A stretch of 64,000 bases of DNA, from positions 19,344,001 to 19,408,000 of the forward strand of contig CM060732.1 in NCBI GenBank assembly GCA_030704615.1, given 5' to 3'. Below are positions 24,986-35,645 of the stretch, in pieces (within the stretch, counting starts at the first letter, position 1; each line of letters starts with the position of its first letter). Origin of the DNA: Takakia lepidozioides (taxonomy: Eukaryota; Plantae; Bryophyta). Under the pieces are notes generated by a model that did not search any database, was not told the DNA's origin, and was given only the letters and a program-made list of their open reading frames with translations. Position numbers and translations under genes: made by a program.

Positions 24986-27869
24986 CTCATTGTGTTTTTC
25001 ATGAATGCAGGTACTGCAAGTTCTCCCTTTTGGAGAAAGGTCATCTGTCTTTCGAGCCACCATTCTTCCTGGCATGGAGGAACCCCGGGGCTGACTCCAT
25101 GTACACTGACGATATTGTGAAGGAGTGGCATCTGGAAATTTGCGTGATTGCCCTTGGTATGTGGACCTTCCGCCCGGCTCGCTCGACCCATCCGAGTTTC
25201 AATTGAAGCTGGATGCTGAATTCCGACGAAACCGGGCTCCGCTGCCTCCGTTGGGTGCAAAAGAGGCAAAAACGCTTGCGAACTCCAGGAAAGCGGCAGA
25301 GCTTGCTCAGGCAGGAATTCAGGAGAAATTGCATGAGAAGAGTAAAGGCCAAAGGAAAAGGACAAGGAAACAGGTGAGTGCAGTAACACCCAAAAAGAAG
25401 AAAACCATCGGGGCATCGGAGGAGGCGCAGGAGGGGACCCAAGAGAGTGACTCGGACGACGACTTTGTTCAAGGTCCTGCGACTGCTGTTGCTCCTACCC
25501 AGTCACCGGTCGTCCGGGTTCCCAAGTCAGTTCGGAGTGGGACTGGCTCTGCCAAGAAGTTGGCATTTGAGGGCGAGCCTACACGGCGGTATTCGGCGGT
25601 GACGTTTACGCACAGGCCAAAGCTAGAACCTCCAACCATCATCCAATGCGTCAATGAGAGCTTCCTTGACGCTCTCGCTGCCAGGGCGAAGAAGGTGGCA
25701 CACAACAAGTCTTTGGCGGAGCAGAAGGGGAAAGCCAAGAAGAGGGCTGGCGGTACAGAGCCTAAAGACACCCCTGGTTTTGAAGCCATGATGGAATTCT
25801 TCACGGCTGTGAGCACGAATTGCAAGAGCACTCGGGGGGGGGGGGGGGGGGTTGAGGTGGAGAGAGCTTGCGACATGATTCTCCTCGACATTCCAGATGG
25901 GGAGCTGCTGGAGGGCCTGGATGGTGTGCCCACCTAGAACAAGTTTACTGAGGACTACTGGAAAGTCGGGTTTGGGCTGGCGGGGATGCTTCTGGATGAC
26001 GGTGGATGTGTGGTTGTCCTTGCCACGAGAGGGAAGACCACAGAGAATGCGGTGGCAAGGTGGACACCGAAAAGTGTCACCCCGGTCCTCCTCAGAAAAT
26101 GGTTCTGCATCAGTACACAGGGGTTGCGAACAGAGGGCCAAAGTGTAAGTTATCAATCTATTGCATTCACTTCATATTGTGGTGTATGTTAAGTAGACCC
26201 TGGAGTTGATCCCTTCTTTGTTGGATGTGCAGACATTGGTGTTTGAGGCATATTGCTTTGTGAAGAGAGGGTCTACGTTCAAATTCCGCAACGACGGTCG
26301 TCTTGTTGATGCCGCTGTGGACCCTGTAACCTACGATGTCCTCTACAACTATGTGCCCCACTCCAGTATGCCGAAGGACACAAAGACAGGCAAACCGTGG
26401 CGGTACAGCCGGACCCCTGCTTTCATCCAAACCCTCATGGAGACGTGCTCGGATGTCCAAGGGCGGATTCTGGACCTCACATGCGGCACGGGTAAGCCTT
26501 CACGTGCTCAGTTTGTCCCCTGGCCCGATTGCAATTGCATGCCGCAAGCTATTAACCGCCCGCTTTGTTCCTCAGGTGCTTCAATGTGGGCAGGGACGTT
26601 GTCCGACAGGCATGTGTTTGCCTTCGAGCCAGATACTGCCCTCCACAACTCGGAACTTGCAGCGGCTGAACGTCTGCCGAAAGAGGAAGAGGCATCCTCG
26701 GAGGATGAGGAAAAATCCGAGAAGGAGCAGGGGGAGGAAGTTGGGATCGAGGCCGAGGAGCCCCCGGTTTACGAGTGAGTGGTGGCATTGTAAGTTGCCT
26801 CCAGATTTCGTGAGGCACCTCCCTCCGCTCTCTTATTTCATTGAAAACCCTTTCTGGTTGTGTTGGTATTGACATTCTTGAAGTGGATTTGTTCTTACTG
26901 TAGGATGCCAAGTACTGCCGGAGGGATGTCTACACCGGAGTTCATGGGCAGGAGGAACGTGCCTTTTTTAGCCAGGGGGGATTTCATGCCTAGTCCAGAA
27001 AGGGAGTACATCCTTCCTACTTATGCTGCCCGGCTTGCTTCGGTGTCCATTAGGAGGTGTTCCGAACCTAGTCGTGTACAGCAGATTTTAGACGAGGCAA
27101 GCCTCAAGAAAATGAAGATGAGGGAGGAGGCAACAGCTATTAGAGCCCGTCGGGCTCGTAGATTTGTCTTGGATTCTGCTGAGGAAAGTGGGGGAGAAGA
27201 CGTAGAAGATTCCGAGGAGGTGAGGTGGACAGTCCCCCAAGGAGAGGACAAGATTTTTGAGAGGCATAGTGGAACTGATGCATCACAGAGCTCGGAGGAT
27301 GAGGGGGATGAGGAAGAAGGTGGGGCAAGTTCCTCGGAGGGTGTAGGAGAGTAGTGCCCATTCCGGCTACGACAGTTAGAACACACTTGTATAGACGTGG
27401 CTTGCCACAAAATTTGCAATAAAATGTTGCATTTCAAGTCCACTGGTGCCACATTCCAACTTCACATGACCCTATTTCCGTGCCTCCTAACCCTATTTCC
27501 GTGGACTCACAATGGTCTGCTCATGTTTTTTTTTTTTTCCCGCTCATGCTCATGCCGCTCATGAAATAGCAGCCCCCCTACCCAAGCGCCGTTTAAATCT
27601 GTTGTAGTGGGTGTTTGACGTCCTCTCCAAGCAAGATGTACTCGTATGAATTCTTGTCCATCGTATGATCTTAATTTCTCAGTTGCATCATGCATCTCCT
27701 AAAACATCAAACAAAACCATTGTGCATGGATATTAAGATTTTATATTACATATATAAATGTATTATATATGACTCGGTCATTACATAGTATTTGTTGTTA
27801 CCAAGATAGACTAGACAACATAATCTATACATAACATGGTTACATGTACATCTACACAAAATAAGTTGT

Positions 27870-30407
27870 CATCGTCCACGGTTATGGTGGACTAACTTGA
27901 TGTCACCCGCACTGTTCAAGCGTGCATTTGATGGGGTGTAGCGGCCAACACACCTCACAGTGGATAGCATTTTGGACACAAGGAGGCAGTCTCAGCGTGT
28001 GAGACACGATGACCGTTCGCCTTTGGCAGTGGTCAACAAGGTGGGTCAACCACGAACAGCACTACCTACACTGCTCAGCTTCCCAGATCGCATGCTTTCG
28101 GGGATAGTGGACCTAGTCTCTTGTGGGATGCTCAGCTGCAGCAGTTAGTGGTGCCTAATGCCGATGAGCGAGAGCGGGCTATGGGTTTTTTCACTGGGAC
28201 CACGGCGGTGTTTTTTTTTTTTGAGGCATCACATCGTCAGGTGTTGGGGCAAGCGATGGATCTCAATTGCTTGACCTGGATTATCAGCTTGGCTATGGCT
28301 GAGCAACATAGAGTGCGGAGTGCACTTCCCTTGACGGTCTCTCTGCCTACCGAGATGGTACAGACAGTGAGTGGGGGCGAGCCGGTGAGGACCACAGGGT
28401 GCAGACATCCATGGCACACGTGGGAGGTGCTCGAGGTTCAGAGGGAGTTGGCAGCCAAGGCGGCTGCGATGGTTGAGGTTGGGGATTCTTCTCGGGTTGA
28501 GGAGGTCCTCAAGGATGAGATGATGGGGCAGGATGAGGCCTTGTCTTTGACTGAGCAGGCAGAGAGTATTGCTCAAGAGGTTGCGGCATAACAACCACGG
28601 GACACATCCTCTACCTCTAAGTCTGTTGGACTTCAGGTTGCAGTTACGGAGGACAATTGGGAGCCTGACATTGGACCCATTGTCACTGGAGGAGAGAGAC
28701 GACGTATATGGCGGTTCCTGAGGGCTTATAGGAATTACTTTGCCTTCAGTTTAAAGGATTTGGGAGCACTGAAGGATCAGGAGATTCGTATTGAGTTGGC
28801 CACGGACATGCCAATCTTTTGGAGATCCTATAGATACAGTGACATTGAGAGGTCTTTGATTCAGATGAGGACTCAAGATCTCTGGGAGGCTGGGCTTAAG
28901 AACGCTCCTGCGCCAGAATTCTAGAGAGTCATGGACAGGATTCTAGCAGGGGTAGACTTTGCTCGGTGCTACATAGATGACATCATCATCTTTAGTGCTA
29001 CGGTGGAGGAGCACGAGAGATACCTTCAGGTGGTGTTTAAGCACTTGAGAGCGCACGGATTGAAATTACATCCGGGGAAGTGCAAGTTCTTCCACAACCA
29101 GATTGAGTATCTGGGCCACATGATATATCCTAGAGGATTGGGGGTGCAGCAGATTAAGGTAGAGGCCATCGCACAGATTCCACGCCCCACGGATGTGAAC
29201 CGAGTTTGAGCTTTCATGGGGTTGGCAAACTACTATAGACGGTTTGTCAAGGGATTTAGTGCTATTGCAAAGGCTCTAACCAAGCTAACCAAGGTAGACC
29301 AGGACTGGCAGTGGGAAGATGAGCAAGAACAAGCTTTTCAAGAGCTCAAGGCGAGGTTGACCTCGGCGCCTATCCTGAGACAACCTATCAGGGGGCGTCC
29401 CTTTCAGCTGCATACGGATTGGAGCATGCTGGGGCTTGGAGCTGTGCTCATACAGGTGGATGATGAGGGAAGAGAGTTTGTAGTGGCTTATACTAGCCGC
29501 TCAAACAACGCTGCAGAGTCTAAGTATAGCTCATATGAGGGGGAGTGCTTAGCTGCAGTGTGAGCCGTGACACACTTCAGGTTCTATCTATATGGCAATC
29601 TCTTCACCCTTGTCACGGATCATCAGCCACTCAAGTGGTTAATGGAGTTAGACAAGCTTACGGGGAAGCTTGCACGGTGGGCACTTATACTCCAAGAGTA
29701 TGACTTTCAAGTGGTGCATCGACCGGGTTTGGTCAATAGGGATGCGGAAGGATTGAGTCGCAATCCATGCACGAGCCAGCAAGATGACACTGGAGCTCAG
29801 TGGCATGGTGAGACAGATGAGGAGATGGTGCCGGGATGACATGCATCTGCCTTTTTGTGTATCTTGGCATCGAGAGGTCAGGTTGGACCTACAACAGGGA
29901 TGACTGTAGACGGAGTGTCTGAGGACCCTGAGGCTGGTGATGAGCCAGGTGGTGCCAGAGATATACATGAGGATTCGGTTGTGTTGGACTACCTCCGCAC
30001 TGGAGACACGACAGCTAGTGTAACTGCCAATGAGAGGGATCGGATCCTGCAACGAGCCAAGAGGTTCAAGTGGGAGGGGATACACCTGCTTCGAGTGTGG
30101 GAGGATGGTTGGGTGAGGATCGCGCCTCACCCAACACAACGTGCACGACTGGTGCGGCATGTCCCTGAGGAGTTCCAAGGGGCATTTTTGAGTGAGACGT
30201 ACTCATAGTCTATTGTAGGGGCAATATTGGTGGCGTGGTATGCACACAGAGGTGCAACAGTTTGTGGCTAGGTGCATGGTGTGTGACAAGGTGCGTGCTT
30301 CATTCAACGCCCCTATACCACAGTTGCATCCTTTACCCATCATGGGATTGGGTTACAGGTGGAGTCTTGACTTCGCAGGGCCGTTGCCACTAACGATGTG
30401 CCACCAT
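27870..30407 (+). mobile_element. Degenerate Ty3/gypsy retrotransposon carrying a C5 DNA methyltransferase C-terminal region upstream of RT-RNaseH-integrase
   Basis: HRPRLWWTNL (motif VIII-like, 27870-27899) and PNADERERAMGF..GTT...RQVLGQAMD (motifs IX-X). Then GLKNAPA, CYIDD, YLGH, GLANYYRRFV, LHTDWS, YSSYEGECLA, TDHQPLKWL, the integrase zinc finger (YWWRGM..CMVC) and WSLDFAGPLP. Confidence 0.88.
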
Positions 30408-30877
30408 CACTACAACAGATTGCGGCTTTTATGACTCCCATGGGTGCGCAGTCATGACATATTTATGGCAGAAATGCCGTTTGCAGTGGTAAAATGCTTT
30501 TGAAGTCATAATGCAGGTCTGGGGAAGGCGTATATGCGACTACATGGCTCCGGACTCTGCGCAACACAGGTCAAACATGTTTGACCACGAATATTGGCAT
30601 GGCAGATATGACTACCAGTCACGGTCATGGCTACACTGGAATGACGTGTGCATATTGCTAGACAGACATATGACTTCATGACTCTCACTCTAATGCATTC
30701 TGCCAGAGCATCACATGGATGAATCGCTACATGACTGCACGTGTCGACACATTCTTTTCTGGTTATATATATAATATATAAGTATTTATATTTTGAAAAA
30801 ACGGAGACTCTGACAACTAGAATGAATTTAAAAAGAATAAAAATAAAATCAAAGTGCAAAAAGACTTAAAAAAAAAC

Positions 30878-31095
30878 ACATTGGTTGGTAAGTGCATAGT
30901 GTGTCGCCTTGGTGGTTTGGGGTTCAAACCCGTTGCCCATATCCTGTGTGTGGGATTGTTCGTGACGGTATGTCTGGGCGTTGATCGTCCTGTAGGTCTT
31001 ATGGCCCATAAATGAAGGCGGGTGAATTTTTCCCCCTCCTCAAGGGCATGTGGTTTCCTTTAAGAAAATTTATTTATAAAAAAAAAAAAAAAAAA
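30878..31095 (+). repeat. tRNA-derived SINE-like insertion inside the CACTA element
   Basis: B-box GGTTCAAACC at 30921-30930, poly(A) tail at 31078-31095, A-rich 5' flank. Confidence 0.55.
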
Positions 31096-31688
31096 GCTTT
31101 TAGGGTTTACAAAAAGGTTAAAAAACTTAAAAAGTTGCCCATCACGTAGCAGTGAACAGACTTAGAGCGAGCGGGAGGGAGAGAGAGAGAGGGCTGGGAC
31201 TTAGAACGAGCGAGCGGGAGGGAGGGCAAACATGCATGGGAGGCCCGCAGTTGGAGCAACCTTCGCATGTGAAGCAAGCGTCCTAGAAATGTTAGGGTAT
31301 GTGTCCGAGGAGGTTTCGACTGGGAACTCGTAGTTCTTGGGAGATTCAGCTTGGTCTTAGCAGGCCGTGTTTCAATCTCTACCCGCTCAGCTGCACCGTG
31401 GTGGTTCTGACAGACAAATCCGACATTACCTGACTACAGACACAAGCAGCACACACAAGAGGTCCTCTTGGGTTCATGGTCAGTCAAATCCTCCATGGGT
31501 CATGACACAAGGTTAGGGTTTAGGGTCAAGAGAGGATACCTTCGCTCCATTGTTGTAGTGGAGGTTGCTCCTCACAGCCACGTTGAAAATTTTGAGTACA
31601 GACATTTGTTGATGTGTAATTCCTCGGGCAAACTGCTTGCAAGGTTTGTGACCAAAAGATGAAAATGTGGTATGCTTGGTTGGCGCAG

Positions 31689-32930
31689 TGCAACATCAAG
31701 TGGTTTTGAGAGTATGATAATATGACGGATCTTGGCGGGGATTGGTATTGGAATTTCATCTGGCGTAGTGCCCCTGTATATATCAGAGGTAAGGCTTTGT
31801 TCTCGTCTCCTTCCCAACTTTCACTAGTGTCTACGAGAGCAGTGTTAGAAAATGGTTTTGTTGCATGGTTCAACCTCTATCATAGAGCCAAACGCAGCAG
31901 CGATCGCCACGGGGCTCGGCCGACGCTGCCTTCCCTCTCTCTCTCTTATCGCTCGACTGGTTCGTTTCCTAGCTCATGGGAGTACGGCGAGCTGGTGGTT
32001 TTAGTTTTTTTTTTGGTTGTTAAAGTTTTTTTGAACTCAGTTCTCTCTTTGCTTTTGTGACTCCTCCTCGAGTCCCATTTTTTCCATCTCCTTTGGATCA
32101 CGTCTCTCGTAGTATGGTACATTTGGTGATTTCGATTTGGTCTCTTTGCTTTCAGATTTTCTTGCTTTCTCTTTCCTGATTCAATCTGTCTTTAGGTTCT
32201 TGATTGTGGTTTCAAACAGTAGTCAGTGTGGATTCTATCTTTCCCTCTTCTCTCGCTTCTTCTTATTCTGAGATGTATGCAAGGTTTGTTCTGTCTCTGC
32301 AGTATACAGATCGACTGGGAGTAGGTGGAGTTTCAGTAGCTCAAATTTTCAGGAGTTCAATGACAAGGTCATGTGCACATGATCAGGCTCTCGGATTGGC
32401 AAGATTTCAATGAGCAGATTGTGGAAGTAGAGGCTCTGTCGTCAGTGAGAAGGGAGCTGCATATACACACACACAGGCACAAGGGAGGCAGGGGTCTGGC
32501 TTCAATCCTCTCTCAATCCTTTGAATTTCTTTGCTTTGTAATATAAGCTGGCAGCTCCAGACGCCCGTAGTCGGGCGCGCGATCGGGCTGCACGAAGAAC
32601 CTTAGCGCTTGAGCAGTAACTTTATGCTTGAGATCAATGCTGCTCAGTAATCCCTGAGCTTTTTAAGTAGTTAACCACATCATAGTAAACTATGAAGAGA
32701 ACCATGTGACACCCTATGGTACCTTGCAAAGTTGCTTGGGATATTTGTTGTTGCACCTCATATCCATGACATTGGAGCACAAGGCTGAGAAAGGGGGCAT
32801 TGGGGTGGCAATGGCAGGTGTCTCCTACAGAGATCCGTGGTACACTGGGAACAGCGAACTAACTTTCCATCTGTGTGGGCATTCTGATGGCTCTTATTGT
32901 GGGGCTTCCCCTGAGTGGCAACCCTGCCTG
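31689..32930 (+). pseudogene. Two captured exons of an MFS sugar transporter (plastidic glucose transporter pGlcT-like)
   Basis: AG|31689-31788|GT encodes ATSSGFESMII*RILAGIGIGISSGVVPLYISE. AG|32818-32930|GT encodes VSPTEIRGTLGTAN*LSICVGILMALIVGLPLSGNPAW. Each exon has a stop. Confidence 0.85.
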
Positions 32931-33867
32931 GTCCTGACTGGACACTGATGTGTTTGTGGACAGATGAAATATTCAAAGAACATGTGCAGCATGATTTGTT
33001 TCTATATTCTAGTCTTTCTTGTCTTGAAGGTGAAGGGTTGCTTTAGGCCTTCCGGTCATATAGACGCACATGACATTTGGTCCAGTTAGTTGGAAGGCAT
33101 AGTATCTGTAATGGGCATTTGTAGTGGCCAAAATGGTCCTTTGAGTGAGTGCAAGGTAGACAATACTGGTGCTGGGTAAATGGTTGGTACATTGTTTCGC
33201 AAATTGAACATGTATTCAATCAAAGTTAATTGGATGCCACTATGAGAGGTTGCCTTGTATGGAAATGGACGTCAAATTCTTTCTTTGGGGTGATAAAACA
33301 GGTGGCGTAGCATGTTTGCATTGGCTGCAGTGTCCTCCTTTGTTTGGGCATGGCATACACTCCAGAAAGCCCACGTTGGCCATGCAAGGTTAACTTCCAT
33401 CCATATACGATGCATCTTGATTTTCTGTATCTTGTTGTTTTTGCAACAGGGTGACTATGCAGAGTTGGAATGTTGAACAACTCCAAACAGAGAATTGAGT
33501 CTAGAACAACAATTGTTGTGTAATGTGGCTAGCACAACAAATGATTCAACGGAATGATGCTGGAGTGTGCAACAAGGGAGGATAGCAGAGGCAGAGACAA
33601 CGGCAAGACAACTGTGGGGCAAGGCAAAGTTTGAGGTGGCCTTGGCAGACAGAGCACTACCCCAGCCAGTACAGACTTAGTGTGTCTTATTCACCCAACT
33701 ATCGACTCTCTGAAGAAGAGTTCTACAATCAGCCTATCACAAATTACCTGAAGCATATCAGATTATATTAGATTAGATTTCCCGGTAGTAAGCAGTCCTT
33801 CCATATTGATTCGTCACCCATTGATTTGCAGCAAACTTATGTTGTGTAACTTCCAGAGATCCCTGGT

Positions 33868-34044
33868 GACATCATCAAATCTGCAATTGTACCAGATGTC
33901 ATCCTGAACATTGCTCTGGTGGCCATGTATGCTAAATGTGGGAGCATCCAGGATGCCAAGGGAGTGTTCAACATTATGGCTGAACTAGATGTGGTGTCGT
34001 GGAATGCGATGCTTGCAGGGTGTGCAGAGCAGGAGCGCGGGATG
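33868..34044 (+). pseudogene. Captured PLS-class pentatricopeptide repeat (PPR) fragment
   Basis: DIIKSAIVPDVILNIALVAMYAKCGSIQDAKGVFNIMAELDVVSWNAMLAGCAEQ. Confidence 0.88.
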
Positions 34045-35588
34045 GGGCTTTGGACACTTGAAAGCAAATGATGGGGAAAGGGGTGAGGTACCTTCTTCAA
34101 CATATTTCACCCTGTTTTCCCTGCTAGTGTGTGCTTTGACAATTATAGGCTATCATTGTTAGCTGCTAGCAGCAAGGCGAGGATGTATGCATGATTTGTG
34201 CAGAGGCATCGATAGCTGAAGGAGCAGGGATTTCGTGTGGGTCCAGATTCATCCAAGAGGGCCAGATTTCAAGCACAAGATTACCTGTGATTCCCTGTGG
34301 ATCAATAGCTACAAGAAACTTGCATGGGTAGATGGTCAACTGGCAGCAGCGGTAGTGATAAAATCAGGCACTGCTAATGAAGGCATCTTCTTCAACACAT
34401 TTCACCCTGTTTTTCCCTCTTATCAGAATCGGCCCTAAATTTTCATGTTCAATTCTGCAAGTTAGCTGGTTGAGTGAATCTAGTTTGGAGTGACTTTGAC
34501 ATGATACTGCCAATGTGACAACAAGAAAGTGTCAAAAAACAGGTAATAGAGATGAGGAGAAGTTGTGGAATGAATACTTATCTGAGTTACCATAAACAAC
34601 ACTGGCATTGGTTTTTCATATATAGTATTAGATAATTCTCTATTGTTTTCGCCTTGGCAGGTTGCTCAGTGACCTTCCCTGGACGCTTTGGAGTATAGCG
34701 AGTGAGTATCTCACAATGCAATGTTGGTTGGCGCATCTTATGCAAGAACTTGGAAAAGAAACAGATGTCCTTGTTGTAATAATTCTTAAAGACATGCAAG
34801 CCTTAGTTTTTGATGGGTTGCAGATTGATGGAATACATAAGTAGTTAGAAGATTATGGGTGAACACTTTTCAAAGTGTTATAGTTAGACAATTAATTCAC
34901 ATGAGAACATGTGACATTTTATGTATTTTTAGATCGCGACAAAAATGATAATGATAAATATTGGTAAATAGAGATGGTGTACAATCTCTTGGTTTTGCTC
35001 AGCTTGTTGCAGTTATGTCTTGCTGCTTTGTTCTCTTTGTATTATATATTACATTTCATTGTTGTAATAGACATGTATATGAGTAATATCATAGTCATAA
35101 TAATGACTACATCTATTTTCACTCTCCAATAGTACTACACCACGTGGCAGGATTACAAATATGTAAAAAAATAGCAATACACCCAAAAAAATACCCATCA
35201 TGATACATGTCAATCTGCTGATGGACCACGTGTAAAAACTGCAACGCGCCACGTGTTGCAACCGGATTAGCACACCCGTAGTCATAGTTCGCAGTCATGG
35301 AGAGCTAAATACTCTGCCACGTGTCATTTCCTGCATCGAGCACGTGCCACTCTTGCACAGCCGCTGACATGGACTACACTGTCCGTTCAGTCATTCAGTA
35401 AAGCCAGCGTGTATGACTACCCCCACAGCTGCTCTGGCGCCACGTGACAGCCAGCCTGGAGAGTCATATCTGCCATGTCACAACTGACTAGGTCTTTACG
35501 TCTGCAGAGTCAGGAAGTCGTAAATGGCTTCCATGACTGCATTTGCAGTCATAACACAGAGACGTAAAAGCCGCAATTTGTTGTAGTG

Positions 35589-35645
35589 CATAGATATGTG
35601 TTGGTGATGGTGGAGCACTTCTCCAAGTGGATTGAGTTGTTGTCT
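35589..35645 (+). mobile_element. Continuation of the gypsy integrase core after the CACTA insertion
   Basis: HRYVLVMVEHFSKWIEL follows DFAGPLPLTMCHH on the other side of the insertion. Confidence 0.88.

Larger units (their letters stand above)
21848..27354 (+). pseudogene. Multi-exon gene, decayed: N-terminal ParB/Srx-like domain plus C-terminal beta-class amino (N6A/N4C) DNA methyltransferase
   Basis: ParB-like RIPLCRL..QVVKP...IDKLKFSFRDGY and FYVWDGNHRLLAW. MTase MILLDIPDG (motif IV-like, ~25875-25901), LLDDGGCVVV, RTPAFIQTLMETCSDVQGRILDLTCGT|GASMWAG...VFAFEPD (motifs X, I, II). Canonical GT-AG introns link the exons. Lesions are apparent frameshifts near 23190 and 25130 and an in-frame TAG at 25935. 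Confidence 0.75.
30408..35588. mobile_element. Non-autonomous CACTA (En/Spm) element of 5181 bp with captured gene fragments (Pack-CACTA)
   Basis: TIRs CACTACAACAGATTGCGGCTTTTA and TAAAAGCCGCAATTTGTTGTAGTG. The 3-bp TSD CAT is at 30405-30407 and 35589-35591. GTCAT/ATGAC subterminal repeats are present. The integrase frame resumes right after it. No transposase was recognised. Confidence 0.95.

Noticed and set aside
25834-25851. G18 run as a functional G-quadruplex or poly-Gly tract
   Set aside because: Homopolymer length is unreliable and it lies in a decayed gene.
21848-27354. Bacterial contamination as the source of the ParB-MTase
   Set aside because: The gene has multiple canonical spliceosomal introns and is contiguous with plant transposon remnants.
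30880-30945. tRNA gene
   Set aside because: Only a B-box is clear and no cloverleaf is evident. The poly(A) tail favours a SINE.
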